Shown one piece after another: positions 24,611 through 39,316 of a DNA stretch of 64,000 nucleotides (positions are counted from its first letter, which is position 1; each line of letters opens with the position of its first letter). The stretch is taken from NCBI RefSeq assembly GCF_018350175.1, contig NC_058368.1, forward strand, positions 136,898,001 through 136,962,000, given 5' to 3'. The notes beneath the pieces are model-generated. The model did not search any database, was not told the DNA's origin, and saw nothing but the letters and a program-made list of their open reading frames with translations. The position numbers were made by a program, and so were the translations under genes. Source of the DNA: Felis catus (taxonomy: Eukaryota).

Positions 24611-26344
24611 CGTAAGAATTGTTGCTGAAGAATATGATGGGCTTTTAATACTTAACACATGTATTCTTCTAACCACAGTGAAGCATTGTGCCAGGCACAA
24701 CGCCTTGACCACTGGTAATTGGAGTGTTCAAGGGAGAGGGGCAAGTAGATATTCTGGAACCAAATGAAGAGCTTCAGCTTCCTTGCTTCAATTCCTCTTT
24801 CACTTTCCATAGAACAAGGTGATCTTCACTTCCCAATCCAGGGTTGCCAAACTTCACCCCAGAATTGCTTGAGCCTCCTTGGGCAGAAGAGAGAAAATAT
24901 TTTCAAAACATGATGTATATTGGAGCAGGCTTACCACCATCCTTTGAGGTGTATACAATGTCACAACATTGTATCAATCTGACACTGTTGCCTAGTGATA
25001 AGAGAGTGCCTAAAAGTGTGAGGCTAGCTTTCCGAGGCCCAGGGTGAGAAAAGGAGCAGAGAGCATAATGAAACGAAGGGACTTGATTTTAAAAGAGATC
25101 AATATCCTATTTTATTATTCATAGGAATAATGTTACCAGATTCATGCATATATGAAATAATTGTTATTTCTGAGGAATTTTATACTCCCCTTCAATATCT
25201 AGTCTGTTCATCTATGATGACAATGGGGCCCAGGGTATATATGGGAAAGTGACCATGACCTTTATCTGGAATACTACCCCATTAGCATCCGGTTCAGGGT
25301 AAGGATAGTCAGCATCCTTCTGTGGTTGACATATGTATGAAAGGAATGTTCACAGGAAAATATTGCTCATCTGCTTCTGCAATAATAATAGTAAACCACA
25401 GGATTATCACATCAGAAATGAATGTCCTTGACTTCTCAGAGAATGAAATGTATTGCAACAGTGAACATCAGAACATGTCATCTACCTGGTACTCGTCCTG
25501 AAAGCTACACAAAGCACGAATGATGTCACAGTCACAAACATTACACTTCTTTCTCTCTGTCCATCATCATCCAACAGTTACAGCAACATGACTTTGGATG
25601 GACAATTGAAGTGTCTCTAAAGTGTTTCAGAGGTAGCCTATTACATCAAACATCCTCAGGAGCTATTATTTTCCCCCTTGGCTAAATTTAAACTGTGAAA
25701 ATGAAGTCAAAATGACGGCCTCTCCATGTTTGTATGGTGGGCATAGGACAGGGTGGCAGTGGTAAGAAATATGTTACAGAAGAACTAGCTCAGTTCTAGA
25801 TGACTCGATGACTTCAGTCTTCTTGAAAGCAGAGCTTTGAACTTTTTAAATTTTTTCATCTTTTAACTTATTCACTTGTCATTACTACTCTCTCTCGCAT
25901 GATGTAGGGAAAGATTACTTTATGCCCATTTAACAAAAACTAGAGCCAAGACATATGTACTTGAAGAATTTCCCAGAGGTCATATAGGGGGTTAGTGGAA
26001 AAACAAGGTGTGAAACCTGTGTCCTGATTCTGGAACCCCATGACTCCATTCGCAAGACCATATTATCAGGTGTCATCCGGCTTCACCAAACATACACCAA
26101 AACTAGGAGTTGAAGATGGTTACCCTATGTAGGAATCAGTGGAAGTCCCACTCCTATTCTCAGGCCTATAGGTAGTAATGCATTCATGGTTGAGAAAGTG
26201 CCCGATCCCTTTTAAGATGTCTTTCAAGCATCAAGCTTACAAGAAGGGTATTCCTACCCACAAAATAGTGATTACTTTCTTGGTTGAGCCCCACCATACC
26301 TTAAATACTTTGTGTATGTGCTATCTTTGTGCATGTAACTCTTT

Positions 26345-26541
26345 AAAAAAAATTTTTTAAGCTTATTTATTTTGAGACAGATCAAGTGGGGGAGGGGCAG
26401 AGAGGGAGAGAAAATCCCAAGCAGGCTCTGCACTGTCAGCACAGAGCCCAATGTGGGGCTGGAACTCACAAACCGTGAGATCATGACCTGAGCCAAAACC
26501 AAGAGTTGGACGCTCACCCTACTGAGCCACCCAGGCACCCC
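26345..26541 (-). mobile_element. CAN-SINE
   Basis: TSD catgtaactcttt at 26332-26344 and 26543-26555. Confidence 0.94.
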
Positions 26542-26859
26542 ACATGTAACTCTTTCACATGCCTCAGGTCCTGGTCTTGCTATTCTTGGATTCCTAGATC
26601 CTAATAGTCTGTTTCGTAGTAGGCACTCAGTGCTTGTGTGATGAAAGAAAAGCGTGGCATGAACTTTTTTCTTTAGAAGTGCAAATTAAGGGCAAAGTGG
26701 GCATGGAAAATCCTTGCAAAAGTCATTTACCCTCTCAAAGCCTCAGTTTCCTCATCTGTAAAGTACGGATGATAAGAAATAACCCTTCAGGGTTATTGTA
26801 TGTAAAATGCTTGGGAACGTGCCTGTCTCATGGTAAATTCTCAGTAGAGAGTAGCTCAA

Positions 26860-27586
26860 GATGGCTCTCAGTGACTTTCACCTCCTCGTATCCACAGTTC
26901 TTTTTCACACTGAATAGGGCAAATTATGTGACCAATAGGACATCGGAGCATTGACAGAGTGGCTTATGAGACTAGGTCATAAAAATCATTGAGGCTTCCA
27001 CTTTGTTCTCTCTGGATCATCTGCTCTGGTGGAGAGGAAGACACCATTATCATGAAGATACTTCAAGCAGCCCTATCGAGAAGCCCATGTGGTGAAGAAC
27101 TAGACTTCCTACCAACAGCCAGCATCAAGTCACCATTCATACAAGTGTGCCATCTTGTACTCTGATCCTCCAGCCCCAGTCAGTCCTTCAGATGATGCAA
27201 CGCTGTCCAACATCTTGACTACAACCTCAAGAGAGACTTAGAGCCAGAAACCCCTGGTTAAGCATGTCCTGGATTCCTGACCCACAGAAATTGTCTGAAA
27301 TAAATTCTTATTGTTGTGGGTTTTTAAAATTTTTTTAAATGTTTATTTATTTTTGAGAGAGAGAGAAAAAAACAGAACACAAGCAGGGGAGGGACAGAGA
27401 GAGAGGGAGACTCAGAATCTGAAGCAGACTCTAGGCTCTGAGCTATCAGCCCAGAGCCTGATGCAGGGCTTGAACTCATGAGCTCTGAGATCATGACCTG
27501 AGCTGAAGTTGGATACTTAACCAACTGAGCTACCCAGGCACCCCATCTTGGGGTAATTTGTTACAGAGCAATAAGTAAACAATACA
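26860..27586 (+). mobile_element. MLT1F-like MaLR LTR interrupted by a CAN-SINE
   Basis: gactaggtcataaaa...cctccagccccagtc...cttcagatgatgca...ttcctgacccacagaaa, resuming as ttggggtaatttgttac...aataca. Confidence 0.8.
27321..27544 (-). mobile_element. CAN-SINE inside MLT1
   Basis: SINEC body; no clear TSD. Confidence 0.93.
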
Positions 27587-30500
27587 CTGTCATTATATGG
27601 TTGTGTGAGTATCAGTAAAGAGATATGTCCCACATGGTCAATCCTGGTTCTTGACCAACCTCAGTTCACAAGAGCTAGTGGATAAGGAAGTCTGGTTTTA
27701 ACCAAATTAGGACTTGTCCTTCCCTCCAACTGAAGAGGTAACTAAGATAGACATTCTCAGCAACCAACTTGAGGAAAGTGAGAAAGAAGGTCCCCCTGGT
27801 GCTATTTGCCACATTAGACAAATGTTGACTATCACTGCCTAATGTTATTTAATCATGTCAGGCCTATAGGTCAAGTCTCTAAATAGTGGGACAGTTCTGA
27901 CCCCAAGAGCTAATCTTGGACTCTCTTTTTTCTCCCTGACCCCCTGCAGCTAGCATACCACCCAGACCAGTCCCTTACTTATGTTCACTTTCCCAAGTCT
28001 TTTATACCACAAAACTTGGATGAAAATGGCTATGACCTTAAAGGAGACAACATTTCACTGAACATTGAGAAACCCTCATTTTTGGGGGACTACACAGGCC
28101 TTGGCGATATTTAAAGCTTGAATTATGGGCAGGAAGGTATTTGGCTCTGATTTTTCACATGGTTGTGTTACTGTTACTCAGTCTAAGTCCCTCCCTTCCC
28201 TAGTGATCGCTGGTATCTCAAAGGATTTGTCAGTTCTGTTAGACTGTTTCATTTTTCAATGAATGCTTTCATTCTTTCCTGCCATCTCCAATTCTTCTGT
28301 AGTCCCTGCTCTGCTCAGTTTCTCTCAAAACTAGAGGGTTTGTACCCTAGCCCCCACCCCAAGCAAATACAACTTTTCCAGATAAGTGAATAGTCTGACC
28401 CTTAGGTGACCACCGACATTGAAGGCCCCTTGAGGCAGCCTCTATGTCGGAATTTACTTGGTCCCTGGGCAGGAAGATACAACTCTCTGTTGTACTCAAA
28501 AGCATTCCTTGACTATGAAAAATGCATGTCTCAAGATGGGGAATATGAGCCCTCCTTCACATCAGAGAGTTCTTTGCCCACTTGGAGTCCCTCTTCCTGC
28601 TGAGAGGATAGCACAGACACAGTCTACTCTCATTGTTCAAGAATCCCACAATTCCCTTTGTTTTCTAGAGAGCTTAAATAGATCAACAGATCTACCATGG
28701 CTAGTCTTCCCTGGATCCTGGAATTCCTACAGACAGAAACCATATAGATATGACCATCACAACTACCCTGGATTAGGACTAAATATCAACAGAACTGTGC
28801 ACAAAGCTTGCCTGCACCAACTCCATTATGTTGAATAGATCCTATTTTTCACTATTCCTACCTAAAACTCTTTTAACCCTTATATCCACCCAATGTATCT
28901 GTGACGGGATCAAGAGGAAGACATGGTGATTCTAGCCACCAGATTAAGGAATTAGTTTAAGGTTCACCCAGCACCTGACCTTCTCCCATGTCTGACAGCA
29001 AAGCCCCATGACTTGATGGCTAGGACCTGCTTCCACATCCAGAGAGTCCCCAGAAAAGGCAGCTTTTTAAGGAATCCTTGGGTCTCATATTGTCTGAAAC
29101 ATCTAATGGCCTATGCTTTAAGCACTAGACAATACATGAGTTGACTTCAGCATTCATCAGAGAAACCACTGGGTAAAGAGTGTATCCTTAAGGTTGTTAA
29201 ATAGAATTCAGAATTTTAACAACTTAGCTCTGCTTCAATAATGACTGTTAACTATGAAAGGACAAATTTTCTCTGTACCTAAACTTAAAGAAAAAGTATT
29301 CAGTGTTGGCTCCTAGCATAGTGCGGTACACATTGAGGGAAACCAATTTAGGTTTTTGATTTGGTTTCATTAATATTTCATTAAGTGGGAGGAATCACCA
29401 GTTTAACTTTGCACAGAGGACTTCTTCCTCTGTTTTGTCAAGGTTGTAAGTTTGTTTTAGGACTTGAGCTATTTCAAGGAAGAGAGGCTCCAAGTTTAGC
29501 CTTGGGTAAAAGGAAAAGGCAGGTCAACCTGTCACCATTTTTATCCACTGGGTTTCCACCTATCTTATTATTACATGACCCCTTGGGATCTAGGGGTTAA
29601 ACTCCCTCTTCTTTAGTCTTCTCTGCAATAAAGCTTACAAACCAACTCACCTCCAAACGTGATACTTAATCTCCAGTGACAGAAAGACTTGTTTCCGTGC
29701 CAACATTATTTATGTTGTTTGGCATGCCCAAATTAAATAAATAGCCCTGATAGCTGCAAAATGCCAGGAAGAAAATAAAATTTACGGATTTTCACTCTTC
29801 CCAAGATAAATCCACGAGTAGCTTAGCCAGATTGTTGGCAACTTCTTGTAAGCAATTTCATGGTAATTTTACTATAGAAAAGAAAAAGGAGAAATAGAAG
29901 GTAAAGTCCTAGGAACTTCTCCTTTATCTCAGTCGTCCATCTCTTCTCACACTTGGAGTGACAGGAACAGAGAACAAGGATGGAAATGATATGATTGATA
30001 CATATACAAAATCTCACTAGTGGTTAAGACTTTCAGGGGAAATTTAGACCACAGCCTCAGCTTCCCAGTGCTCACTACCCTTTGGAGTAGTTCTGTTTTT
30101 AAAAATAATAATAAAAAAATGCAACACTTGGAAGCTTCGAATTGGAAACATTATGAGAAATGAACAGCATTTCTCTCCATCAAAGGTGATGCTTTATAGG
30201 AGAGCTCATTTCCCAGAGGACTGACAGTTCCAAGCTTGTGACTGTCACAGAGAAGACAAGGAGGTAGAGGACTTGAAAGGGGTCCCTGCTTGAGACGATG
30301 AAGCCAGCTGTGAGACATGCTCTAAGATTACAGGGATCCGCCAAAGCTATGTGTGCCTAAATCACCTCAAGTCTTTTCCTATTCCTATCCTTCTGACACC
30401 TGTCTCCAGACTAATCCTTGTAATCTAAACAGCTGCCTTGGTCACATCATGCTTCGTCTTTAGTAACTCCCCAAGGCCTCCAAAAATGTCAGTTACACCC

Positions 30501-30709
30501 TAGGCTGGCCTTTATATTGTGCAAGAATCTGACTGCCTCTGACATTTAATCTCCCTCTCTCTTCTGCAGGAATCTGCCACTCCTGTCAAGAGTCTCTGCC
30601 TCACTTCCTATTTGCCTGCCTCTGTACCTTTACCTGTGATGGTCTCTATTCTCTTCACATGGAATAGCCTCCTCTTCCTACCCCGCTCCTCAACACTCAA
30701 CTCCAAAGC

Positions 30710-30880
30710 CTGATACAGAGAGTGGAATTTGGAATTAGGTAGATCTGGGTCAAATTTTAGCCCCACTACCTGTTTGCTGTGTGTCATTGGGCAAGTGCCT
30801 TATCTTCTAGGAACCTCTGTTTCCTCAACTATAAAATGAGAATGTTCACATCAGGTTCATGATATATGCTCAGTAAAGCT
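30710..30880 (+). mobile_element. MIR
   Basis: agatctgggtcaaattttagccccactacc...gggcaagtgcctt...ctctgtttcctcaactataaaatgag. Confidence 0.75.
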
Positions 30881-31389
30881 TAATTCCTTTTTTCTGCATA
30901 TCTACCCAACCGCACACACATTCCCAAGGTCCTAATTCCTATCAAATGGGCCACAAAATATGGTTTACATAAGACAATAAGACTTAGGTGCAGTAAAGTT
31001 ATCAGCAAGGAATGGTCCAGGTCAGGAATGTAAAAATCACAAGACCCTCTCAGGACAAAACTCAGAGGCCAAGGCACATGGGTTCATTTCTGGCAATGAC
31101 ACACTGAAATTTCAGTTTCAAGGGAATGAACCCAATACAAGTACTTGGAAAAGAGCCAACCAGTCCACAGTTGGGAAATCACAGTATTGCCAGAACTCCC
31201 TGTTAGATAGTTGAAAAAATTCCTGAATAACACATTTTTCTAATTCCTTAAAAATTGACGAAAGAGGCCAGTTGACAGATTCAGTTCCATGATACTTGAA
31301 TCTTAAAAAGAAAAAAAAGCAGAGACATTAGATGTGCTTATGATTCCTCAGCCCCTTTGAAAGAAATCGACCCATTAACAGACCCTAAA

Positions 31390-31920
31390 TTTGCAGTCAG
31401 TGTCATGTGAGGGAACCCCTCTTTGTGCACATCTGATTGGTGCAGGGATGGGCACCTGACCGAGGGGCAGCCAATCCCATAGTCTGGAGGCTAACTATGA
31501 CTTACGTTCCAGTGCAAAAATATGAGCCAAGCCAATCAGATTCCCTGTCTTTCAAGAATTGGAACTAGGAAACACAGAAGGAATGAGCCTGTAGCAACAA
31601 GAGCAGAACCCGTGAGGATGCTTTGAGGGAGAGTCAGGGACATGGTAAGCAAAAGCCATGAGAAAGCCAGAGTTAAAAAAGCTCAGAAACATCTTATAAA
31701 TAGGATCAGCCAATTTAGTAGAGTGAGGAGAACTGAACAGAAGCACAAGCAGAAGCGAGAAGCCATAAGAAAGGGATAGAGAGAGCAGTGGGTCACTGGA
31801 GTTGACCAGTTCCTCAGGCTGTCTCAGTCTTTGGAGCTGTCTCAGTTCCTACAGTAAAACCCCCGTCTCAAGCTAGCTTACATGAGTATTCCTTATAAAC
31901 AAAAGAACCAGCTTACACAG
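31390..31920 (+). mobile_element. Old MaLR LTR relic (MLT1M/N-like)
   Basis: tgattggtgcagggatgggcacctgacc...gccaatcagattc...aagctagctt...aacaaaagaacc. Confidence 0.5.
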
Positions 31921-33199
31921 TAGGAAAGCAGTGAGATATTTTACTACTTGAAGAATATAAATGCACCTATTCTGAATACACACACTATTCCACAAGTCAC
32001 AAAACCAATAGAACCATGAGGATTATTTATTTTCAATAAGACGCAATCAGTGCAGGGTTAGACTACCTTACAGTACAGATTAATGTTTTCTCAGAGCACT
32101 GGCAGCAGGGAGTCTCTTATCGCTTCACTTCTGAAGGAAACCACCACAGTCTGACACTTTGAAAATGTTCCCACCTGCTCTGAGGACTGGGACCATCCCT
32201 GGTGGGAACGCCAGGGTGACTTGGAAGAGAGAGAGCCGTCTTTGGCAATGAGAAAGCATGCCACCTGTGCCCTGTGATTAGTGACCCTGAGCAAGTCACT
32301 TCAACTCTCTGAGTGTCAGTTTCTTCCCTTGTGACATCTGATCGCTAAAGTGACTTCTGGAATTAATAACATATTAATCTTCTAGGTAGAATTCTTCCTC
32401 CAGTTAGATAAGAAAAAGAGACAGCCTAGAAAGAAAAGAAAGACTCTGCCTAGGTGGCACACGCGACCCCTCTGGGTCTCACCCATAAAACAAGGGAAGT
32501 GGTTTGTGCCTTATCAAAAGGGCATCTTCATTCCAAATGCCCAGATTCTGAGATCTCCAAACATCCCAAATCTATGACTCCAATGACTCCTTACATTTCT
32601 ATTTAAAATTCCTTACCTTGTTTTTCTTTCTTATCCCTGATGATCCGGAAAACAGTCTGTGACACAATTCTTAGGAAAACTTACTATTTCAGGTTGTCCA
32701 GCTACAGGCTAAGTATAAAAATGTTGGGGGGAAATCTGGTGTTTTTCAGTCCAAAGCTAGTTGGAACAGACACATGAACTAATTTAGGTTCCTAGTGGCA
32801 CAAATTCTCCCGGTTGCTGATGGAGAACTGTGAAGTCGAAATAGGAAGACAGACCATATTCAAAAGGCAAGATGTATCTCCTTCCCAGAAAACCATAAAT
32901 CCATAAATAGAAAATGAAAGCATGGAGCCCAAAGCATTCCACATGACCTTTTAAATTTTCTTCTTTAAAAGATTAAATTGGTGGAAATTAAGAATTTGGG
33001 GGTCCACAGATCAAGGAGGTACAGGTCAACAGAATAAGGTCAGGAAGAAATATAGGTAATTATAAAAGAAATTAAATGCCCTGCAGTTTTAGTAAAACCT
33101 GAAAGGCCCAAATGACTCCAAGATACTGAAGGTCATTGACTTTCACTGCTCCTCCAACACAGCAAATGCTCTAGTAAAACGATGCACAACACTACAGTA

Positions 33200-33800
33200 A
33201 AATTTTTAGTGGCCCAGAGATGCAGTTGACCTAAAGTATTCAGATACAAAAGGTGTGAACTGATAATTCACATAATAAATACCTACAGGAAAGAAAGGTA
33301 TGAAAAGGTGTTCAATCCCAGTAATAAATAAAATTTTAAATGAGATTTTTTTTTTTTTAGGCCATCAGATTGGCAACAAATAAATTGCATCCAGGCTGCT
33401 AAGGGGGTAAGCAAATAAGCCAATCTTGTATGCAGCAGGTAATGCAAAATTTTAAATCTGCATAGCCATTGACTTAGTGATAGCAATCCTAGAAATTAAG
33501 CCATCAGAAATTTTTCTATGGGCATTTATTTAACAATGTCCATTTGCTCTTAATAGCAAAAATCAGGAAATTACTTGCATCAAAAGTGGATTGGTTTAAC
33601 AAATTTTGTACATCCAAATAATAGAGTGCTATATATAGCTCTTTTTAAAGCAATGAACTATATCTAAATGTACTGATGTGGGAAGATCTCTATGTAAAAA
33701 AACAAGTTTTGGAAGAGAATCCATAGTATGATCCAATTTCTTTAAAAGGTGCACAAGCGAGTACATGTGCATGGGCACACACAGATGCACACAGTGCTCT
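33200..33800 (+). mobile_element. Old L1ME-like relic
   Basis: atgaaaaggtgttcaatc...ccatcagattggcaa...agcaatcctagaaatt...tactgatgtgggaagatctc. Confidence 0.6.
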
Positions 33801-34058
33801 GAAAGGTCCCTTCCTGCTTCCACCCTCACATCTTGCCAGGTTCACCTCACATGCCTTTTTCTAGCATATACGGAGTCCCCAGCATCTCTACCATGTCCAG
33901 CATTCTCTTAAAAACACATGCTCTCTCAGCCCTGCCCCCGCCCCCTCAATGCCTGGCTCCTTCCTAACCTTAATCCTCTGTTAATGCAGGAATCTGGGAG
34001 ATTAGATACCAAAGTGTGAACGTGGTTATCTGTGAGGCTGAGATGACAGAGTATTTTT

Positions 34059-34260
34059 TTTTTAGTTTATTTATTTATTTTGAGAGAGAAAGAGAAAGTA
34101 TGAGTGGGAGAGGGGAAGATAGGGAGAGAGAAAGAGAGAATCCCAGGCAGGCTTCCCGCTGTCAGCACAGAACCCAATGTGGGGCTCCAACTCACAAACT
34201 ATGAGTTCATGACCTGAGCCTAAGTTGGATGCTTAACCAACTGAGCCACCCAGGCAGCCC
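34059..34260 (-). mobile_element. CAN-SINE
   Basis: 17-bp TSD gatgacagagtattttt at 34042-34058 and 34263-34279. Confidence 0.94.
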
Positions 34261-34899
34261 ATGATGACAGAGTATTTTTCCCTTTCTGTATCATACTTTC
34301 TGGTACTATTTGAATTTCCAATAATGATAATTTTTTATGATTCATAATCAAGAAGAAGCCACTGTAAATATAAAGAATGAAACTGAAAAATCAAATGATC
34401 AGAATTTACCTCTTCCTTACTACTATTGCTACATTCAGTCTCCCAATTCCTCCAGTTCTAGTCAGATATCACCTATCTGTGGACTAAAAATCTCCAAATA
34501 AAGCTTCCCAGGAAAATCTAGGATAGAGGGAGTGAGACAGAGAGGAAAAGGAAGAGATGATTTACCAATGATATTTAAAAAGATGGTGCTACTTGCACAT
34601 TTCAAGTTAGGAGACTAGGGTATTTTCAGTCCTATGGCATGAGAGCTGAAGCTTTGGTTCATTGTTCAACTGCTCAGAGAACCTAAACAGAGAAATAACT
34701 TCAACAGCTGCCTCAATGTATTCTTTTAATTACATTAGGTAATTATATTATCAAGGCCCTCCCACCCCAACCAAGCCAAAAATTTTGTTTCAAAGAATAC
34801 CCTTTTTTTAATTGTAAAATGAAACAAAGCCCCATCACTTAGTTAATATCATACGGATTGAAGAAGTATGATATATTTGAAAAACCCTAAGTATCAGAG

Positions 34900-35280
34900 C
34901 ATCTGGATATAATCTGACTTCTATGGTAAAATGGGATGCTCATGTTAGTGTCTCCCACTTCAAACATAGGAGGTTCATCTTTAATATCTTCCTCTCCAGC
35001 ATGTGTTGGTCTCCCCACCCTCCATCCAGTGAGTCTCCAGGCTCTGTTGATTCTTGTCCCTAGGTGCCTCGCAAACCCATTCACTGGCACTGCTCCACCT
35101 TAGGTCAACACTCTCCCTCACCTGAACCACAGCCTCCTATCTTGTCTTCTTAGTCTGAGCAGTCTATTCACACTATAGCTGGGCTAATGTTTTTCAGTCC
35201 AAAATGTGACCTCGTCTTTTCTCTGCTTTAATCCCTTTGGTGCTTCCCCAGTGCTCACAAGACAAAGTCCAAACTCTGAG
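34900..35280 (+). mobile_element. L2 relic
   Basis: ctcacctgaaccacagcctcct...tctattcacactatagc...cttccccagtgctcacaagacaaagtccaaactc. Confidence 0.55.
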
Positions 35281-35651
35281 TCAAAGTGAGGCTTAAGGCA
35301 GCTTTCCTACTAGGACCACCTTGATTAAAGCAGTGATTCTCAATCCTAAGGTTTACCCAAAAAATTTAATTCTGATGCATTTTGAAAATTCATCCCAGAA
35401 GATTGTGCCCTACTTGTCCAGATGCCTATACTTAGAGAAGCACTGATGAGACATAAGGAATAAGGAAAGTCAGAGGTACAGGTGTGGGTGCTAGCTGGAA
35501 TTTTACATTAACCAAAGGTGGCTTTCTGGTCCAGTTAAATCACTGTTCTCAGGATCTGCACCAAAAAAGACTCATTTCATCTCATCCTCTGGCCCAGGAG
35601 GAAGGTTCTAGTCACATGCTCCACCGAGGGGCTCTTTTAAAAAGCAATGCA

Positions 35652-35806
35652 GGGGCACCTGGGTGGCTCAGTCATTTGAGCATCTGACTTTGTCTCAAGT
35701 CATGTTTGCAAGGCTGGTGAATTCGAGCCTGCTTTTGGCCCTGTGCTGACAGCTCAGAGCCTGGAAACTGTGTCTTCCTCTCTCTCTGCCACTTTCCTGC
35801 TTGTGC

Positions 35807-35838
<32 letters not shown>

Positions 35839-35866
35839 AAAAATAAATAAACATTAAAAATTGTTT
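35652..35866 (+). mobile_element. CAN-SINE
   Basis: SINEC body; flanking repeat aaa(g)caatgca. Confidence 0.92.
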
Positions 35867-37317
35867 AAAACAATGCAAATATTGAATCTTTCCTGTTGGA
35901 GGTTTATAAAAAATGAATATTAAGCAGCAGTGTGGCAATTTTAATTTGGAAATTAATCCGTTTTCAAAATCCAAGAGCAAGATTCCACAAAGGCAGGACC
36001 AAATCATATAAATACTGAGTCTCCATCACTTCTCCCAGCCCTTGTTCAAACACATAACACATGGTGGGTCAGGGGCAGGAGGAGCAGGAAGTACACTGCA
36101 TAGATTCCCTTTATCCCAGAGTTTCTCATTGAGCTGCTTATCTCTCTGCCTTCATGTAGGACTGAAAAATGATTCCAGACAACATGCATCTATTGAATGT
36201 TTGAAAAAGAACCTGAGGAGAGAGTGTCTCTTAGGTAACTATGCATTCTAATTTCTAGGTCTTATTACAAGGGCACTTTGTATCTATACTAATTATCTCC
36301 TTTTGTCATTATTCTTCTTCTTCAAACTAGATGGACGTAGGCTTGAATACCATCCTGTAGAGCTACTAGTTTTATGATTCTGGTCACTTTACTTACCCTC
36401 CCATTGTCTGTTCTCTGGTTATTCTTTTTATTTAAAATAAGTAGGTAGGACCTGGGAAAAACAAGTCAGGTGCCCAGTGAAAGTTATTGCCTTTCATTTC
36501 CCCTCTCCCCACTTCCCAACATGTACCATAGCATCAGCTCCGGAGAGTATTTGTGCAGTTGATAAGCTCCTTTTGGTCTAGAATTAGCATGCATTTTCTT
36601 ACAGTTACACACTCTGGGATAATGTCAGTTCGAAGGAAACATTTGGTCCCTGCATGGTCCAGTGGAGTATCGTCTAAGAGAGCTACTTGTTAGCTGTCAA
36701 GGGGCCTTTCAAAGTGGCATTTATTCCGTGGGAATTCACGGTGGTCCAAGACCTCATCTTCAGCCTTGCAGTCATGGAACCTGATTTGTCCTATACTGCT
36801 GGAGGGTCTCTCCTTCCCAGGAACTCTGTGTTAACTGTAGTCACAGAGATTGACACATACAAACCGGAATGCTGATTCTTTAGCTTACAGTGAAAACTAT
36901 ACCAGTGGTGGTGATGGTGGTGGTGATGCTAGTGGAGAAGGGCCGACAGTTTACTCGAGGTACAAAACAAGGGAAATTGGCTCCACAATGTCAGTTTTTA
37001 GCAGGCCCTGACAGCGTCCTTCCTCCTCTCACAACTAGAGCTTGCTGAGGTGGCCACCTCCCGCTTCTCATGTTCTAGATTCCATTTTCTATGTTCTAGT
37101 CCATGCCTTTCTGTTCATGCATCTTTCTCCAACTAAAGCACAATAACATTCCAATCCTGTCATTGAGTTCTCTGGGGGTGAAATCCTGGGTGCCCTCTAC
37201 TCTCAAGTCACGCAGTTAGACTCCGTGGTCTACTCCTCACTACATCAGAATGCTTTTTCCTCTGGCCGATGTTTCCTTCTTTATGAGGGAAGATCAAACA
37301 TTACAGTGGCCTGGACT

Positions 37318-37480
37318 TTCTTTTTTATTTATTATTTTTATTTTTTTTAATATGAAATTTATTGTCAAATTGGTTTCCATACAACACCCAGTGCTCCTCC
37401 CAACAGGTGCCCTCCTCAGTGCCCATCATCCATCCTTCCCTCCCTCCCACTCCCCATCAACCCTCAGTTTATTCTCAGGT
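37318..37480 (-). mobile_element. Very short felid L1 3' end (tail plus ~130 nt)
   Basis: Near-identical to 8615-8750 (aatatgaaatttattgtca...caacacccagtgctc...caaccctcagttt). Confidence 0.92.
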
Positions 37481-38039
37481 TTCACTCCCCCTTCACTCAC
37501 CCCCTCCCCTCCTCATCCTCCAGGAAGATAAAGTGGCTTCTCTACTTGGTAACTTTGGGGGACAAATGGGTATACAAGGGCAGCTCCTTTTTTTCTCTTT
37601 GGCAGTAGACCTGCTCACAGAGAGTGGGATTTCTCCTGTGTGCCAAAGGTCATGCTTCCCATGTGAGAGGTCCAGCACTGCCTGAGTGGGAAAGTCTACC
37701 TCATTATGGGGTACAGTATTAGGGAGCCCGTCCCAAAGATAAAAGCCTTGTTACCTGATGTAGGTGTCTTCATGAAAAAGGTGACCCCCATCTATGTTTC
37801 TTATTTCTCAGTTGTTTCAGAAGTTGAGCAGGGGCTAAATAATGCTATTTATTAGGCCCTGTCAAGCATCCTGTGGCTGTTAGATGTTCACCACAGCCGC
37901 TGCCACTTCTTGCAGCACTACGCTGATCAACTCTCCTCATTCATGTGGGAGGTCGGGCTTCAGGTGCTAAGACTGGGACAGTCCCAGGCAAACCAGCATG
38001 ATTGGTTACCCTACGGGGCCCACAGGAAGAATGTATTTC

Positions 38040-38320
38040 CCACTCTCTCTTGCAGTGGGTTGAAACCATGGAATGTGGGTGTTAGTGAGGCCCTGTTGTA
38101 TTTTCCATTACCGTCTATGCCCTCTTTCTTTTTTATCTGAATGCCTGAGGTAAAAGACACCAAGGTGGTGGGGCCATTCAATGGAAGAAGCCTAGGCCCT
38201 TGAATCATCACTTGGAGGAAAGCCTCACAATCCATATCAGATGTGATGAGAGTGATAAATAAAGTCTTAATTGTGTTAAGTGGCTGAGATTTGGGGATTA
38301 TTTGTGTCAGCAGCGAGCCC
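38040..38320 (+). mobile_element. MLT1H/J-like LTR relic, preceded by a possible MER94-like fragment at ~37960-38012
   Basis: gaatcatcacttggagg...aaataaagtcttaattgtgttaagtggctgagatttgggg...cagcagc. Confidence 0.6.
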
Positions 38321-38739
38321 GTTCTGTAAAGAGCTCTCTATCTTCTGTTGGGGAGCTGAGTGTTGATTTCAGAGGAAAGCCTGATTTGCTTGTGGCTGAG
38401 TCCTACAACACTGTATTATCCTTTTACGGGTGGCATTTTGGAAGAAGTTCAAAGGTCAGGTGATCTGTATATCTGTGGTGTGCGTTCAGATCCAGTCCTT
38501 AAGTAGCTACAAAACCTTGGACCAATCACTTGGCTTTCTGAGCCTTATTCTTCCCATAATTTAAATTAAGGGGATAGATTTTATCAGTGGTTTATAAATA
38601 TTTTTGGGTCACAATCCCTTGAAAATCTGATGAAAGCTGTGTTCCCTTTCTCCAGAAAAATACACATACATCAGATCTTTGTAAACTGTCAGGAGGTTCC
38701 TATATTCACCTGAGAGTTGTCTTTTTAATCTCCCTCTAA

Positions 38740-38955
38740 GGGGTGCCTGGGTGGCTCAGTCGGTTGAGCTTTCGACTTCAGCTCAGGTCATGATCCCACA
38801 GCTCATGAGTTCAGGCCCTGCATTGGGCTCTGTGCTGACAGCTCAGAGCCTGGAGCCTGCTTCTGCTTTTGTGTCTCCCTCTCTCTCTGCCCCTAACCCA
38901 CTCGTATTCTGTCTCTGTCTCTCTCAAAAATAAGTAAACATTAAAAAAAAAAATT
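38740..38955 (+). mobile_element. CAN-SINE
   Basis: SINEC body; flanking repeat ctccctct. Confidence 0.93.
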
Positions 38956-39316
38956 TTACCTCCCTCTGCATGTCCCCGCTCTGAGCTAGAATCTGTTGCT
39001 TTCAACACTTAATAAATTAAAAAATTTATGAAGGTCCTGCTGTGTGCCAGTCACCATCCTGAGTTTTGGTGTTAAAATGGGGAACAGAATGGATGTGGTC
39101 TATCCTTCATGAAATTCACATTCTAATCTTATTATCAAGTCTTATTTTTTCATTCCTGGGAAGGCTCTGAGTAGTATCTGACCACAGCACATTTTTATGA
39201 CAGAGAAGGCTCTGAGCCTTGGAATCAGGCAGATCTTGGAGGAATCTCAGCTCTGCCACTTACCGGCTGTGTGACCGTAGACAAGCCAACTAACTGCTCT
39301 GAGTCACAGTTGTCTT